Below are positions 14,642 through 25,522 of a stretch of 43,991 nt of DNA, piece by piece (within the stretch, counting starts at the first letter, position 1; each line of letters begins with the position of its first letter). The position numbers were made by a program, and so were the translations under genes. Under the pieces are notes generated by a model, which was given only the letters and a program-made list of their open reading frames with translations, was not told where the DNA came from and did not search any database. The stretch lies in sequence record KP869107; one strand, given 5' to 3'. The DNA is from Escherichia coli O157 typing phage 9.

Positions 14642-17116
14642 TTATTGCGGAGTGACATCCTGTGGTCGCCACCAGTATGTCTGGTTAAACTCTTTCTTCG
14701 AACGTTGCTCCATTTTACGCAAATAACCTGGTGAAAAATACTCCTGCATCTGGTTAAAGATCATGTGATCGAGAGCCGCCTTTAAGTACCAGAGATTCGC
14801 ACCTGGCATCAGACCTTTCCCCAGCTTAACCAGATCACCACCAGTCTGCTCATTCTTCCCTTCCACAGCATTTAACGGTATGCCCTGAGCAATCTTCACT
14901 ACGTCATCAACCAGACCAGCTACCGGGCCAAGCATCGACGCCAGCGCGCCGCTTCCGTACCTAGTGTGATCTGACAATAAAAAGTCACCGTAAAGGCCAA
15001 GACCACCACCTTTCAGTAGAGCACCAAGCCAGAATTTTGCGGCATCTCCTCCTGTCATCTCTCGAGGATTACGACCAGACGCAAGGTCGTTAAGTTGCTG
15101 CGACAAAGCGCCAAGAATGGTCGTACTGGCAATAAACGTCGCAATATATGCCGCACGCCCACCAGCAGACGGTATACCCATAGCGCGTGACCAGTGACGC
15201 ATAACAACCGAGATAGGGAACGATTTAAACAGGAAAACACTTCTCGTTAATTCACCTTTCCATGTTCCACGCTGAATACCAGAACCGGTTATCAGTTGCT
15301 CACGTGCTCCCGGTGTAATAACAGCCATATCAACTTCTTCAGTTACGGCACCGAGCAGTTTACGCATTGCCTCAAACTTCACGCGTTCAGGCTCACCAAG
15401 ATGTTTAACTGCTGAATCAGGGATACGCATAATGCTTTCCGGTGTCAGCATCGTATTATTACCGTTCCCCCAGTCCTCCTGTTGCGCCAACTTCCATACG
15501 CTCCAGTCTGTGTCAGTAATCCCTTTGCTTTTCAGGATACGAAAATCAGAATCATCGAGGCTACGAAGGTCTGGTGTCCGTGACACTACTTCTCCCAGGC
15601 TTCCCATCATGGTTACGCCATAGGCGCGCTTGTGCGCATCTGACCATGCTGTAAGCCCACTGGCACGCATTACCGCCGTTGCCGCCCAACGAGACACTGA
15701 CGGCCCCATATTATCCATCGCCCAGCGGTTAACGCTGCCAAGTAGAGATTCCATCGCCAGACCAGCGCGGCGCGCCCGCGCAAGTTCTGTACGGTTCGTT
15801 GGGTCCATAGCTTCAAGCTGGTTGCGGAATAACTGGTTCATTGGAAGGTTGGTAACCTTCGCAGACAGATACATGGTTCCAAGATCAGAGAACGATGACA
15901 GCAACGCGGATCCGAGTCTGCTGGCAACCAGCCAGTTGCGGATATTGTCAGACCATCGCGAGATGTGCGGATTCGCTACAGGCTGTGTCTTTCCGGAAAT
16001 AAAGTTGTACAGATTCTCTGTGTTGTTCGCCAGCCGCTCGACTTTACCGGTTTTACTCGGGTTAGCTGTTGCCGTTTCTGCCTTCACCTGATCAAGAAGA
16101 GAGCGGAAAACATGATCGGGGTTTGGGCCATATGTTTCCACCAGTGCAATATCTTTACTGATACCTTCCAAGTGACCGACCATGATTTCCCATAGAGAGC
16201 GATCGCCATAAAGTTGCTGATATTGCAGATAGGAATCTGCATCTTTGAAATGTATCTGTCGTGATGCATTACCACGGTTAGCACGTGCGCCGGAAATTCG
16301 CATTCCGGTATCAGTAAGCTTATTCAGCCCACCAGTAGCGATCGTGTTATAAGCCTCTCCAAGAAATGCAGACAACTCGGCATCGTTCATCAGTTGTCCA
16401 TCGGCTCGGATATAATATTTGCGATCCAGCTTACCTATAACATCGCTAACCCACTTATCCTTTGATACCGCCCCAACCTTTTCCATAGAATGATGTTGAG
16501 GGATCCCCCAGTTTTCGAGATAGCCAATGTCCCCACCAGCATCATTAAACCGGCGGCGCAGTAGATCTGTCACTTCTCTCCACGCCTTAGCACCTTTTCT
16601 TGCTTTAGCATTGCCAGTATTTTGCCCTCGCATTTCATATACCAGGTCACGCACGCCAGCTTCATCTTCAAACAGGCCAAAAAAGCGAGGATCAACTGCT
16701 TCAAATGCCTCTTGCAATTGACTCAATGCATAATCACGAGTGGCTTTTGTTCTGGACTCAACAGAGAGGAAATTCGATTTACCGTCTGCATTAAAAGCAA
16801 TAGTACGGTTAAGAGCGCCAAGTTTCCCATCAGCCCCTTGATAGCTATTGATAAATTTATCCAATCTCTGACGTGCGGCTATAGTGAGGGCCACACGACG
16901 TTTCTTTAATGCCGCTTCTCGCTGTAATTCTTCAGATGCCAATTGTGCTGCACGATATAGCCGCTCTGATTCGGAAAGTTGTCTCCACGACATCGGGTCA
17001 TCACGAGCAATGGAGCGCATATTTCGATAAATGCGGTCTTCAATGTTCTGTATTTCTCGCGCTGTTAACGTGCGCTGCGCCGCCTGCTGGACCGCTTGTA
17101 TACATTCCTGTCTCAT
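14642..17116 (-). CDS. Large virion internal/ejection protein
   Basis: 824 aa ORF in the block between tubular proteins and tailspike, in the position of T7 gp16-like internal proteins. Confidence 0.5.
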   Translation of the reverse strand: MRQECIQAVQQAAQRTLTAREIQNIEDRIYRNMRSIARDDPMSWRQLSESERLYRAAQLASEELQREAALKKRRVALTIAARQRLDKFINSYQGADGKLGALNRTIAFNADGKSNFLSVESRTKATRDYALSQLQEAFEAVDPRFFGLFEDEAGVRDLVYEMRGQNTGNAKARKGAKAWREVTDLLRRRFNDAGGDIGYLENWGIPQHHSMEKVGAVSKDKWVSDVIGKLDRKYYIRADGQLMNDAELSAFLGEAYNTIATGGLNKLTDTGMRISGARANRGNASRQIHFKDADSYLQYQQLYGDRSLWEIMVGHLEGISKDIALVETYGPNPDHVFRSLLDQVKAETATANPSKTGKVERLANNTENLYNFISGKTQPVANPHISRWSDNIRNWLVASRLGSALLSSFSDLGTMYLSAKVTNLPMNQLFRNQLEAMDPTNRTELARARRAGLAMESLLGSVNRWAMDNMGPSVSRWAATAVMRASGLTAWSDAHKRAYGVTMMGSLGEVVSRTPDLRSLDDSDFRILKSKGITDTDWSVWKLAQQEDWGNGNNTMLTPESIMRIPDSAVKHLGEPERVKFEAMRKLLGAVTEEVDMAVITPGAREQLITGSGIQRGTWKGELTRSVFLFKSFPISVVMRHWSRAMGIPSAGGRAAYIATFIASTTILGALSQQLNDLASGRNPREMTGGDAAKFWLGALLKGGGLGLYGDFLLSDHTRYGSGALASMLGPVAGLVDDVVKIAQGIPLNAVEGKNEQTGGDLVKLGKGLMPGANLWYLKAALDHMIFNQMQEYFSPGYLRKMEQRSKKEFNQTYWWRPQDVTPQ

Positions 17117-17121
17117 TTAAT

Positions 17122-18924
17122 TTAACCTCTCAAGAAACACGCCACAGCGACATCAAACAGGCTGGAATCCTGTATTGCCTGCTCACTTTCCCTGTTCGCT
17201 TCATCCAGTACTTCACGCGCGCTGCGCGATTGTGGATTACCATCATCATCCAGCACGGTAATTATCATGTCAGGTGATTCAAGCAGCGAGTCTTCAGCTA
17301 TGCGCAGATCAATATCTCCTGCCTGATCCGCCATCATTTTTTGTTCTGCCTGTTGCAATATTTTATCAGGCTCAAAAGGAGCTACTTCGTCTGGCGTCCT
17401 GACATCTGCTGTTTTATAGAATGAAACAGCCTGAGCATTAAGTTCACTTTCTACCTGCAGTCGCCGTGCCAGTTCTGCTCGAGCTTCAAAAAACTGACCA
17501 CCAGGCTCATGCGGTGCCAACGCGTTACGAGAAAATTCCAGGCGTTCTTGTGCCTGCCGGATTCGTTGGTCAATATCGCGAAGTCTGGCCTGTTTATCTG
17601 ATCGAGCACGAGATAAAGCCTTACCGCTACCGGTTGGCTCTTCTGCAAGAATTTGTGCGCGCTGTTCAGTGAGATTTTCAATAATTCGTTGGCTATTAGC
17701 GATTTCAGACTGGTAAACCTGTCTATCGCCACGCGGCAAAAGCTGCGCGGCCTGTTCTTCAAGCAACCGATTTTCTATAGCGCGCGCCGTTACTCCATCA
17801 TCTACAGATGACAGAGCCTCATTAACTGCCTGAGACAGCAGACTCTTGCGCCCTAGAATTTCACTGAAAGATGCAGACTCAACAATGCTGGCAACGTCTA
17901 CAGGTCTCCCCTGGCTAACATCAGACATAGCTTTTCGCAGAGCCTGAATGTGAGAATTGCGCGAAAGCACGTTGCTCGGCACGCCGGGAGCAATATCAAT
18001 TTCAGCATGATGAGCGGCATTCGCCGCCAGTGCAGCATCGACATCAACTGGTGAAAAATTTGGTGCGCTTGTAGACTCGCCTCGAGAGTTAATAAATCTG
18101 CCGACACCACCAAACGCCACCCCAAGAACAGCATCAATAGCAATTGCCTGTCGATCCAACACATCATACTGGTTAGCCATTTCGCTATAGCCACCATCAC
18201 GAAGCGTTTTTGCAGTAAGCCCACGCTGTGCCATACCGAACGCAATATTTGTACCTGCGGCATAGGCAATATCTGGCGTTGCACGTACTGCTGTTGCTGC
18301 GGCGCGTCGCACTGAACTTTCACCCGTCCGCGCAAGCTGAGCCGCCACACCTTCCGCCAGCGCACCACCAGCACGTAACCCGAGGCTCATAGGGATCAGT
18401 GTTCCAGCACCAGCAGTAATACCCTGCACTAATCCCGCTTCCTGCGCCGTCCTGAAATCAACACCCTGTGCTGTCAACCGTTCAAACTCAGAAAAACCCT
18501 GTAGAGAAGTTACCGCCGCAGCACCTCCGACCGGACCACCGAGCGTTGTACCGACAACAGCCTGCCCGCCCATATCGAACAACCCATAAAGGACCTGCCC
18601 GGCGATTCCGGTTGTCGCGGCATCAGGCGTCAGCCGCTTAACCTGCTGCTCTGCTAGTTTTCTCTGCTCAGCAATGTATGAAACTGAAGTGTCATTGAGC
18701 GAGGTGTTTTCGTTAACAAGCTGAGCAATCGGGGATACGATTTTATCCATCCCTGCCCATAGCAACTGATCTGGCTTTGCCACCAGCCCGGAGTACAAAC
18801 CAGACAATGCCGCTCCTACAGCATTGTCGAAAAAACCAACATCGCTGTTAAAGCCAACTGGATTTAATGCTGCTTCGTCAAGCTGCTGATTCTGGTTTAC
18901 TGGATTAAGGCCAAAGTAACTCAT
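17122..18924 (-). CDS. Virion internal/ejection protein
   Basis: 600 aa, Gly/Ala-rich; contiguous with neighbouring internal-protein genes. Confidence 0.5.
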   Translation of the reverse strand: MSYFGLNPVNQNQQLDEAALNPVGFNSDVGFFDNAVGAALSGLYSGLVAKPDQLLWAGMDKIVSPIAQLVNENTSLNDTSVSYIAEQRKLAEQQVKRLTPDAATTGIAGQVLYGLFDMGGQAVVGTTLGGPVGGAAAVTSLQGFSEFERLTAQGVDFRTAQEAGLVQGITAGAGTLIPMSLGLRAGGALAEGVAAQLARTGESSVRRAAATAVRATPDIAYAAGTNIAFGMAQRGLTAKTLRDGGYSEMANQYDVLDRQAIAIDAVLGVAFGGVGRFINSRGESTSAPNFSPVDVDAALAANAAHHAEIDIAPGVPSNVLSRNSHIQALRKAMSDVSQGRPVDVASIVESASFSEILGRKSLLSQAVNEALSSVDDGVTARAIENRLLEEQAAQLLPRGDRQVYQSEIANSQRIIENLTEQRAQILAEEPTGSGKALSRARSDKQARLRDIDQRIRQAQERLEFSRNALAPHEPGGQFFEARAELARRLQVESELNAQAVSFYKTADVRTPDEVAPFEPDKILQQAEQKMMADQAGDIDLRIAEDSLLESPDMIITVLDDDGNPQSRSAREVLDEANRESEQAIQDSSLFDVAVACFLRG

Positions 18925-21434
18925 TGCGGAATATCTCCGGAGAATCTCTGACGCTTCTGTGTCAGATCAAGAACAACGGGAGAACCATCATCTTTTAGCA
19001 GATAACCAGTACCAAGTTTCACCAGGTACTGACTATCGCCGTAACTTTGCAAACCATACTGACCAGGCGGTGTTTTTATCCCTGTGCCAACAACTTGTTC
19101 ATTCCAAGCCTGATTAACCTGCTTATCGAATTGCTCTGCAGACATTCCCCACGGCAAAAGAACATTCCCCATTCCGTTATAGTCATGCACGCCACCTGTA
19201 GCTACGTTAACAGCCTGTTTCCAGATATCATTGTCAATTTCGCCTGATACCACGCCTTTTTTCGCCATCACACCAGCGTAATAGTCCTTTGCGATCTCGT
19301 ATGCCATTGATGCCCCCTGAGCATCACCAGCAAATGCATCCTTCACCATGTCAGAAAACTCAAGGCGAAGATCAGCATCTTTAGGCATCGGAATACCTTT
19401 CGCGTCATCAGTACCTTTACGAGCCGCCGCGCCAGCAAGAATTGTCTGCGCAGCGGTTTCTGGAGACACGGAAACATCCGGATTAAACCAGTTTTTTTCT
19501 GCCAAAATACCACCTGGCTTATCCATCAGTATCCCGGCAACGGCAGCAGATGGAGCGTTGGCACTGATCTGCTGTAGTGCTGACATATACACCTGCCCAC
19601 CACCAGTGCTCTGCCTGATGGTATCGAGATATGCTGCCTGTTGGGAAACGGGCGCATCACGAAAGAAAACACCGATCTGATTGGCCTCGTCTTTGGAAAA
19701 GAACGTCAGTGGAGTGCCATATGACTTAGCAAGGTCACTGACCTGAGCAGCACGCAAGGCAACGCTCTGTCCAAAGTTATCCTTATTGCTCATGTCGATA
19801 GGCTTTGCCTGTCCGGCGGCAAGAGAGAACTGTACAGGATCAGCCTGTCGCTGCTTTATCACCTGACTTGCAGCCGACACAACGTTGTCATAAAGAGCGG
19901 CTCGTGCCGCATAACCCTCCCCTGTCTCACCAGTATCCGGGCGTAATTGCTCAACATATGCTGTAATGCTGCTTGTCGGCATGTTGCGGAAAGAGCCTAT
20001 ATACTGTCCGGCGATTTGCGTATTTCTGAACTCGGTATATCGCAGGTTTCCTTCTCTTACTCCATAAGCTGCAATAAAATCAGCCTCACCAGGTGGGTTA
20101 GGAAATTCAACGCCACGCATATACGCAGCTGTCGCATCGCGAACCTGGCTGTCAATCATCGTTTTATATTCAGCCTGCTGCTGCCGACGCAGTTGATCCG
20201 CCTGTCGCATAAAACTTGCCTGCGCCTCAGGAGATGCCGCATCGAATGCTGCATTACCGGTATAGCGTTTGGTGTTGGTTGGAATTGTTGATAAACCAAG
20301 TGCTGCACTGACACCAGCAGTTAACTGCTGATCACTGTATGGCTGGCTACCGTTCTCATGATGGATAATGGCTGCACAAAGCGCCTTCAGGGTATCAGGA
20401 TTAGATGCATCGAGAGGCTCATCAGCAGAAACGCCAAGTTGTTCGCACACTGCTTTGATATACGACATAGTGTCATTTTTATCAGCAGGCGGTGCCCAGC
20501 GATTAATTATCTCGCTGACGGTATCAATACCCTGCCTCTGATACGACATCAGGTTCCGCCCTAATGCACGAATCCCGTGTTCAGGTGTTTCGAATTTAGC
20601 AAATCGACCATCATCACCGGTCTGGCCTACCCACGGATTAGTTTTGCTGTATTCGAGATTTCCTGGGTTATTGTTGCGTATGCCACGGGCACGCTCGGAA
20701 GAGTCACTATCTGCTACAGCACGGCGAGCTCCAGCAGCAGTATCACTTAACTCGCCATTACTTTGGATGAATGCGGTCGCATTGTTTGCCGACCACTGGG
20801 ACAATGCAGCATCAGCAACCTTCTCTTTAAACTCGATTTTCTTGGCCTGGATTTGCTCGTTGCTCCAGCCACGTGCAACACCGTACTCCTCAATTTGCTG
20901 GAAAGTTTGCTTGTTAGCCAATACGTATGCGGCGTTGTCGCCATACAATGCTGCGGCATTTTTACCATTGTTCAGCAGTGTCGCCTGAAACTGGCCTTCT
21001 TCGTAGGCATTAATTTGCCCTATCTCGTGTCGCCCGGCCTGCGTAGTGAACTGAATGCGCTGCTGCTGCGCCTGCTGCATGAAAGCATTACGAGCCTGTT
21101 CATCCGGCAGCGACATAGCCAGTTGTTCGACCTGAGCATCAAACTGCTGCGTATACTCATGGCCTTTTCCAATAGCATTTTTCCCTTTCAGGTTAAGCAA
21201 TCCTGTTTCAGGATTATTCAGCAGATCGCTGCTTATCTGACTGAGGTTAAGAGATGCTTCCTGAGCCAGAGCGATATTGGCACGCTGTTTTGCCTGCCCC
21301 AAAACATCAATTGCCTCTGTCCCTGCCCGAACAAAAGCATCACCAATACCTTGCTGAGAAAACGTCTGCAAGCCTGCTGACTGAACTCCACGACTCTCAA
21401 CCTGACGTCCGGATACTGTTGGTACGACTGGCAT
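18921..21434 (-). CDS. Virion internal/ejection protein with a possible peptidoglycan-hydrolase-like segment
   Basis: ATG at 21434 with GGAGGA RBS (track start 21509 lies inside the upstream gene); contains RGIRNNNPGNLEY motif. Confidence 0.5.
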   Translation of the reverse strand: MPVVPTVSGRQVESRGVQSAGLQTFSQQGIGDAFVRAGTEAIDVLGQAKQRANIALAQEASLNLSQISSDLLNNPETGLLNLKGKNAIGKGHEYTQQFDAQVEQLAMSLPDEQARNAFMQQAQQQRIQFTTQAGRHEIGQINAYEEGQFQATLLNNGKNAAALYGDNAAYVLANKQTFQQIEEYGVARGWSNEQIQAKKIEFKEKVADAALSQWSANNATAFIQSNGELSDTAAGARRAVADSDSSERARGIRNNNPGNLEYSKTNPWVGQTGDDGRFAKFETPEHGIRALGRNLMSYQRQGIDTVSEIINRWAPPADKNDTMSYIKAVCEQLGVSADEPLDASNPDTLKALCAAIIHHENGSQPYSDQQLTAGVSAALGLSTIPTNTKRYTGNAAFDAASPEAQASFMRQADQLRRQQQAEYKTMIDSQVRDATAAYMRGVEFPNPPGEADFIAAYGVREGNLRYTEFRNTQIAGQYIGSFRNMPTSSITAYVEQLRPDTGETGEGYAARAALYDNVVSAASQVIKQRQADPVQFSLAAGQAKPIDMSNKDNFGQSVALRAAQVSDLAKSYGTPLTFFSKDEANQIGVFFRDAPVSQQAAYLDTIRQSTGGGQVYMSALQQISANAPSAAVAGILMDKPGGILAEKNWFNPDVSVSPETAAQTILAGAAARKGTDDAKGIPMPKDADLRLEFSDMVKDAFAGDAQGASMAYEIAKDYYAGVMAKKGVVSGEIDNDIWKQAVNVATGGVHDYNGMGNVLLPWGMSAEQFDKQVNQAWNEQVVGTGIKTPPGQYGLQSYGDSQYLVKLGTGYLLKDDGSPVVLDLTQKRQRFSGDIPQ

Positions 21435-21979
21435 TATAATCCTCCGGGTAATCTGGTTCCTGCTGCTGCCCCGATTGGCGCAGGAGTGCTTTGAGTAAAC
21501 GGACTCCACGTCCCACCAAACATCTGGTACGCACCGTATGCCTTCAGAGGCGCAGTGAGCAATGTTGTTGCTGCTCCCACATTCCCCTGTTTACGGGCTG
21601 AACTGGCTTCTGCTTTATAGTTGGCAGCCTGGACCTGATAACCGTAAGCCTCGCGTTGCGCGTTATTCACCGTCGTCAGCGAATCAAGAGCGCCAAACTG
21701 GGCAGTGTCGCCAAATATATCCAGCGCGTTACCTGTAGATAAATCAGCGCCGGTAGCCCCCATTGTCGCCGCCTGTGTACCAAGCCGCTGTCGGGTCTCT
21801 CTGCGTCGTTGCTCAGCTTCAGCGTTACCTCTGTTTATTGCATCATTTGCCTGAGCTGTGGCTATATCTGCGTTCGCTTCTGCAACCTTCGAGGCATACT
21901 TTCCCTGTTGATACTGGGTGTATGCCTGAATGCCACTCATGGCGAGCATTGCGCCACCAGCAATAACCGGATCGCACAT
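21434..21979 (-). CDS. Internal virion protein (T7 gp14-like position)
   Basis: 181 aa, Ala/Gln-rich; gene order matches T7-like virion modules. Confidence 0.45.
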   Translation of the reverse strand: MCDPVIAGGAMLAMSGIQAYTQYQQGKYASKVAEANADIATAQANDAINRGNAEAEQRRRETRQRLGTQAATMGATGADLSTGNALDIFGDTAQFGALDSLTTVNNAQREAYGYQVQAANYKAEASSARKQGNVGAATTLLTAPLKAYGAYQMFGGTWSPFTQSTPAPIGAAAGTRLPGGL

Positions 21980-22443
21980 TATTTTCTCTCCATGTGAAAT
22001 CTGTGGAAATTAAGACCAAGAGCACCATAAGGCGCGGCTTCTTCAAGCCTGAATCCAAGCCAGTGCAGCCATGCTTTGGCAACATGGTTTCGCTCGTCGA
22101 CGTAGTTTTCCAGGCGCGGATAAACTGCCAGCATCTGCTGCAATACAGGGCGGCAGTGGCGCAGAAATGTCTTCTGATATTTTTCAATACGGCTGGTTCC
22201 TACCAGCCAGGGCGTACCATTGCCACCGATCATTGACGCCGGAGATACACCAAACATGGTTACCAGTTCTCCGTTCGCGAACCCTGACCAGGCCATAGTC
22301 GCAGTGCGAAGACCAACGCGCAGCGCATCTTCGGTAGTCATCAGCGATACCGCATACAGTTCGTCAATATCAGCCTGACGAACATCCGGCAAAATCATCT
22401 GAAGATGCTCTTCGGTAGCGGGAATAATTTGAACATAGATCAT
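21979..22443 (-). CDS. Hypothetical virion-module protein (T7 gp13-like position)
   Basis: 154 aa ORF between tubular protein B and internal proteins. Confidence 0.4.
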   Translation of the reverse strand: MIYVQIIPATEEHLQMILPDVRQADIDELYAVSLMTTEDALRVGLRTATMAWSGFANGELVTMFGVSPASMIGGNGTPWLVGTSRIEKYQKTFLRHCRPVLQQMLAVYPRLENYVDERNHVAKAWLHWLGFRLEEAAPYGALGLNFHRFHMERK

Positions 22444-24914
22444 CAGAATCCCCCAACAGTAAGGCGAGGAATAACGGCAAGAACAGACAGCGGCAACGGG
22501 TCAAGCTGACGGATTTTTACACGCCCGTTTTTGCCCCAGTTACTGTCCAGTTTCACTTCTACTTTTCCGGTAGCATCATCAACAGGATCATCGTAGAACT
22601 CGAATTCACGCTGTGGATATTCGTACCATTTACCGCCGGGCGTAGTCGCCCAGATTCCGCGACTGGCATTCACAACCAGAGTAACGGACGGGATCACCTG
22701 TTTTTTGTCCAGCAGCGTTTCCTGTCCGTTAATGTTGATATCCAGTGTTTCGAATTCAGCAGTTATTGGCAGGCCGATGTGCACAACAGCCCCCGGTGAT
22801 TCCAGCGTGACGGCACCTCCGGAAACCACTTTTTGTGGTTCCACGTTCGCATCAGAGAGGATGTTTACGGTCTGGCCTTCAAGATGAGACAAGCCGCCAA
22901 ATGTCCGGCGCGCCATCTGCCAGTTCGTGGTGGCCACATTCCTGAGGGATGGCGGGACGTTCCTGTTAGCACGAACCACTACTGCGGTATTGCTGGTTAC
23001 AGAAATAATGTCGCAACGTAATTCTTTTGACACTTCATAGCCAGTATCAGGATCAGCTCCGGTATAAGGGAACTGTAGTTGCGCACCAACATCACTACTG
23101 GTGAAGTACGCACCACCAGAAACACTGATTGTATATTCCGCGAGGTAATCCCATTCGCCAGAACCACCAGTGATGGTCATCGTTCTGTCAGACGTGTTTC
23201 TTCCATCATAGCTAAGGCCAGAATCAACAAAGAAAGCATCTTCATCGCTGGTAAATAAACGGCTGGACAGTCGCTCGATGTATCTCACTGTTTGCCCGTT
23301 AACGGTTCGGTTAACGACGAAATACACCGCATCTTCATTTCCTTCGCTGATACTGCATGTGCTTTCATATTTTCCGGTACTGGATTGTGGTGCCCATGCA
23401 AAAACCTGCTGATCACGCAAATAGGTCATCACCAGTAATTTACCGTCATCACGAATGCAGAAGGCGCTGGAGTAAGGGACAATAGAGAAGCACCAGTCAA
23501 CAATGCTGTGCTTCTGAAAAAGATGATTGGCAAGGATGGTCAGGTCGTTCCCCTGATAGCCGTCAACATCGAATGAGTAGGCCAGATCACGGACAACACT
23601 GCCTTTCTCCTGGACGAACAGAGCAATATTCGCCACGGCAATTGGTGGGACGTTGCTTGAGCCATTTGATCCCTGAGAGCTGAATGCAAATGATGATGGG
23701 GTTAACACTTTGTTCTGGTCGCCGGTGATGACGTACTCACCTCCGGAAGTCAGTGCCACCAGCGAACCGACATCAATCAGGTGGCGGATCTCATTAACCT
23801 GACGCCCGGCATAGGTGTAGATAATTCTGTCGTCATCCTGCGTAGGATTGCTTTTGCCAAAATCCTTATAATCCCCAGTACGGCTGGCCCAGATAGTCTG
23901 AGGGAACGCTGTCGATGCGGCGAAGTAAAGACGTTGTTGATAATAAACAACCGTGCCAGGATAACCGTTAACACTGTTCCAGGCATATTTAGCCCATTTA
24001 TAGCTGGCATTATCCTCGCCAACGACCTGCGAAGGGATATAGGAAATCACCTCAGCAGTTGCAGTAGTGCCATTTACAGCAGTTATACGGGCAATGCCAA
24101 AACCACTGTGCAGATACTCCCACTCAATGCCAGTATCATCATCACCGGATCCGCCCCAGCCATCCCATGATGTGCCTTCTGTATGCGAAGGGCGCAAAGT
24201 GCCTGTTTTGCCTGCTGTAACGGCGCGATAGTAGTTACTGTCTGCACGGCGAATATCGCCAATCGACGTACTCTTACTGGTTTCCCATACCGGCACAGAA
24301 TCCACTGCAGGCTGTTCCAGATAGAACAATTTGCCTACCTGCTCCGCGCCAAAAATAGAGGCGCTTGCCGTTAACGTAATTGTCCCGGTGCTGGCGCTGG
24401 CATAAACCGTCAATGACTCATCAATATTGATATCTTCAAATGGCCCGTTCTTCGTTACCACATCAACCAGTTGCCAGTTGTCATGCGCATAGCGGCGCAG
24501 CTCTTTCGGCGGGTATGCCGGGTGAACCAGCGTAAGCACGTCGGCGCTTTGCGTGAATTTAATTCGGAACAGATCGGCTTCAGTATATGGCGTGGCAATT
24601 TCATAAATAACATTGCTGCTGTTCAGCACCAACGCACCATCTTTGATAACGCGCATGTACTGGTGTCCGAACTCCAGAGCATAAGTCTGAACCGTCGAGA
24701 ATTGGAACGGGATCAGGCGGCATTTCCGATTTGGGTATTTGGCGGCACCGACAAAACGCGTACCAGGTCGATTCTCAACGCCGCCATACTGCCGCACGAT
24801 AAAGTTATCGCACTTGCGCAATGCTACCTGGTACTTCGCCATGTCAATACGCCCGTACAACGACGGTCCAATCTCACCACCGGCAAAGCTGGGCTGGATC
24901 CAACTGATAGCCAT
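22443..24914 (-). CDS. Tail tubular protein B (T7 gp12-like)
   Basis: 823 aa; N-term QPSFAGGEIGPSLYGR...RPGT resembles the gp12 N-terminus; follows the gp11-like gene. Confidence 0.55.
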   Translation of the reverse strand: MAISWIQPSFAGGEIGPSLYGRIDMAKYQVALRKCDNFIVRQYGGVENRPGTRFVGAAKYPNRKCRLIPFQFSTVQTYALEFGHQYMRVIKDGALVLNSSNVIYEIATPYTEADLFRIKFTQSADVLTLVHPAYPPKELRRYAHDNWQLVDVVTKNGPFEDINIDESLTVYASASTGTITLTASASIFGAEQVGKLFYLEQPAVDSVPVWETSKSTSIGDIRRADSNYYRAVTAGKTGTLRPSHTEGTSWDGWGGSGDDDTGIEWEYLHSGFGIARITAVNGTTATAEVISYIPSQVVGEDNASYKWAKYAWNSVNGYPGTVVYYQQRLYFAASTAFPQTIWASRTGDYKDFGKSNPTQDDDRIIYTYAGRQVNEIRHLIDVGSLVALTSGGEYVITGDQNKVLTPSSFAFSSQGSNGSSNVPPIAVANIALFVQEKGSVVRDLAYSFDVDGYQGNDLTILANHLFQKHSIVDWCFSIVPYSSAFCIRDDGKLLVMTYLRDQQVFAWAPQSSTGKYESTCSISEGNEDAVYFVVNRTVNGQTVRYIERLSSRLFTSDEDAFFVDSGLSYDGRNTSDRTMTITGGSGEWDYLAEYTISVSGGAYFTSSDVGAQLQFPYTGADPDTGYEVSKELRCDIISVTSNTAVVVRANRNVPPSLRNVATTNWQMARRTFGGLSHLEGQTVNILSDANVEPQKVVSGGAVTLESPGAVVHIGLPITAEFETLDININGQETLLDKKQVIPSVTLVVNASRGIWATTPGGKWYEYPQREFEFYDDPVDDATGKVEVKLDSNWGKNGRVKIRQLDPLPLSVLAVIPRLTVGGF

Positions 24915-25522
24915 CAGGACAACCTCGCAATGGTAAACTCATCAACCGGTGGCTGTGGTTCCTGTGATTCATTCTGGCTATGCGAGCCAGCACTAAGAAT
25001 CACGCGATTGTACATATTGAGGGCAAACGTACCGAGGTCTGCATTCCCAGTCAGCGCCATGTTAATAGCTGCCGCAAGACGCCAGGCCAACGCCTCCATA
25101 AAAATGGCATCAAACATGTTCACATCTGTAACGCGAGAGACATACTTGAGCCATGCCTGAGGCTGGTCTGTGTAGATCAACTTTCCTGTTCCGTTGGTGT
25201 CTGCACCAACTTCGTACTGAACGCGCATTGCTGCTGTTGGATTGCGTACACCAGGAAGCATAATTTCAGTAATGCGCAGACAATCTGACGGGTACTGGTA
25301 CGCATATTCCCAGTCAGGCGGTGGATTGCTCGTATCTGCAAGCGCCACGCGTTTGGTAGCAAAGTTCCAGTCAAAATCAGAAAGCACAGCATCACGACAG
25401 GCCTCAAAGTGCAGCGAACATTCCCCCGCTTCCTTGCTGGCTTCCGTCAGGCTGTTAATGCTGCGGCTGTTGCCAATATTGGACAGCGCACGATTACAGA
25501 TCTCTACTACAGAGGCCATCAC
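24914..25522 (-). CDS. Tail tubular protein A / adaptor (T7 gp11-like)
   Basis: 202 aa; N-term pattern NRALSNIG...SDFDWNF; size and position as gp11. Confidence 0.5.
   Translation of the reverse strand: MMASVVEICNRALSNIGNSRSINSLTEASKEAGECSLHFEACRDAVLSDFDWNFATKRVALADTSNPPPDWEYAYQYPSDCLRITEIMLPGVRNPTAAMRVQYEVGADTNGTGKLIYTDQPQAWLKYVSRVTDVNMFDAIFMEALAWRLAAAINMALTGNADLGTFALNMYNRVILSAGSHSQNESQEPQPPVDEFTIARLS

Noticed and set aside
17898-21380. Plus- and minus-strand ORFs of 100-205 aa (17898-18374, 19348-19680, 19947-20291, 20644-20988, 20763-21380)
   Set aside because: Embedded in or antisense to the large internal virion protein genes; Cys/Leu/Arg-rich low-complexity translations typical of spurious frames in GC-rich coding DNA.
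24471-25160. 229-aa plus-strand ORF
   Set aside because: Antisense to the tubular protein A/B genes, which have homology support and coupled starts.
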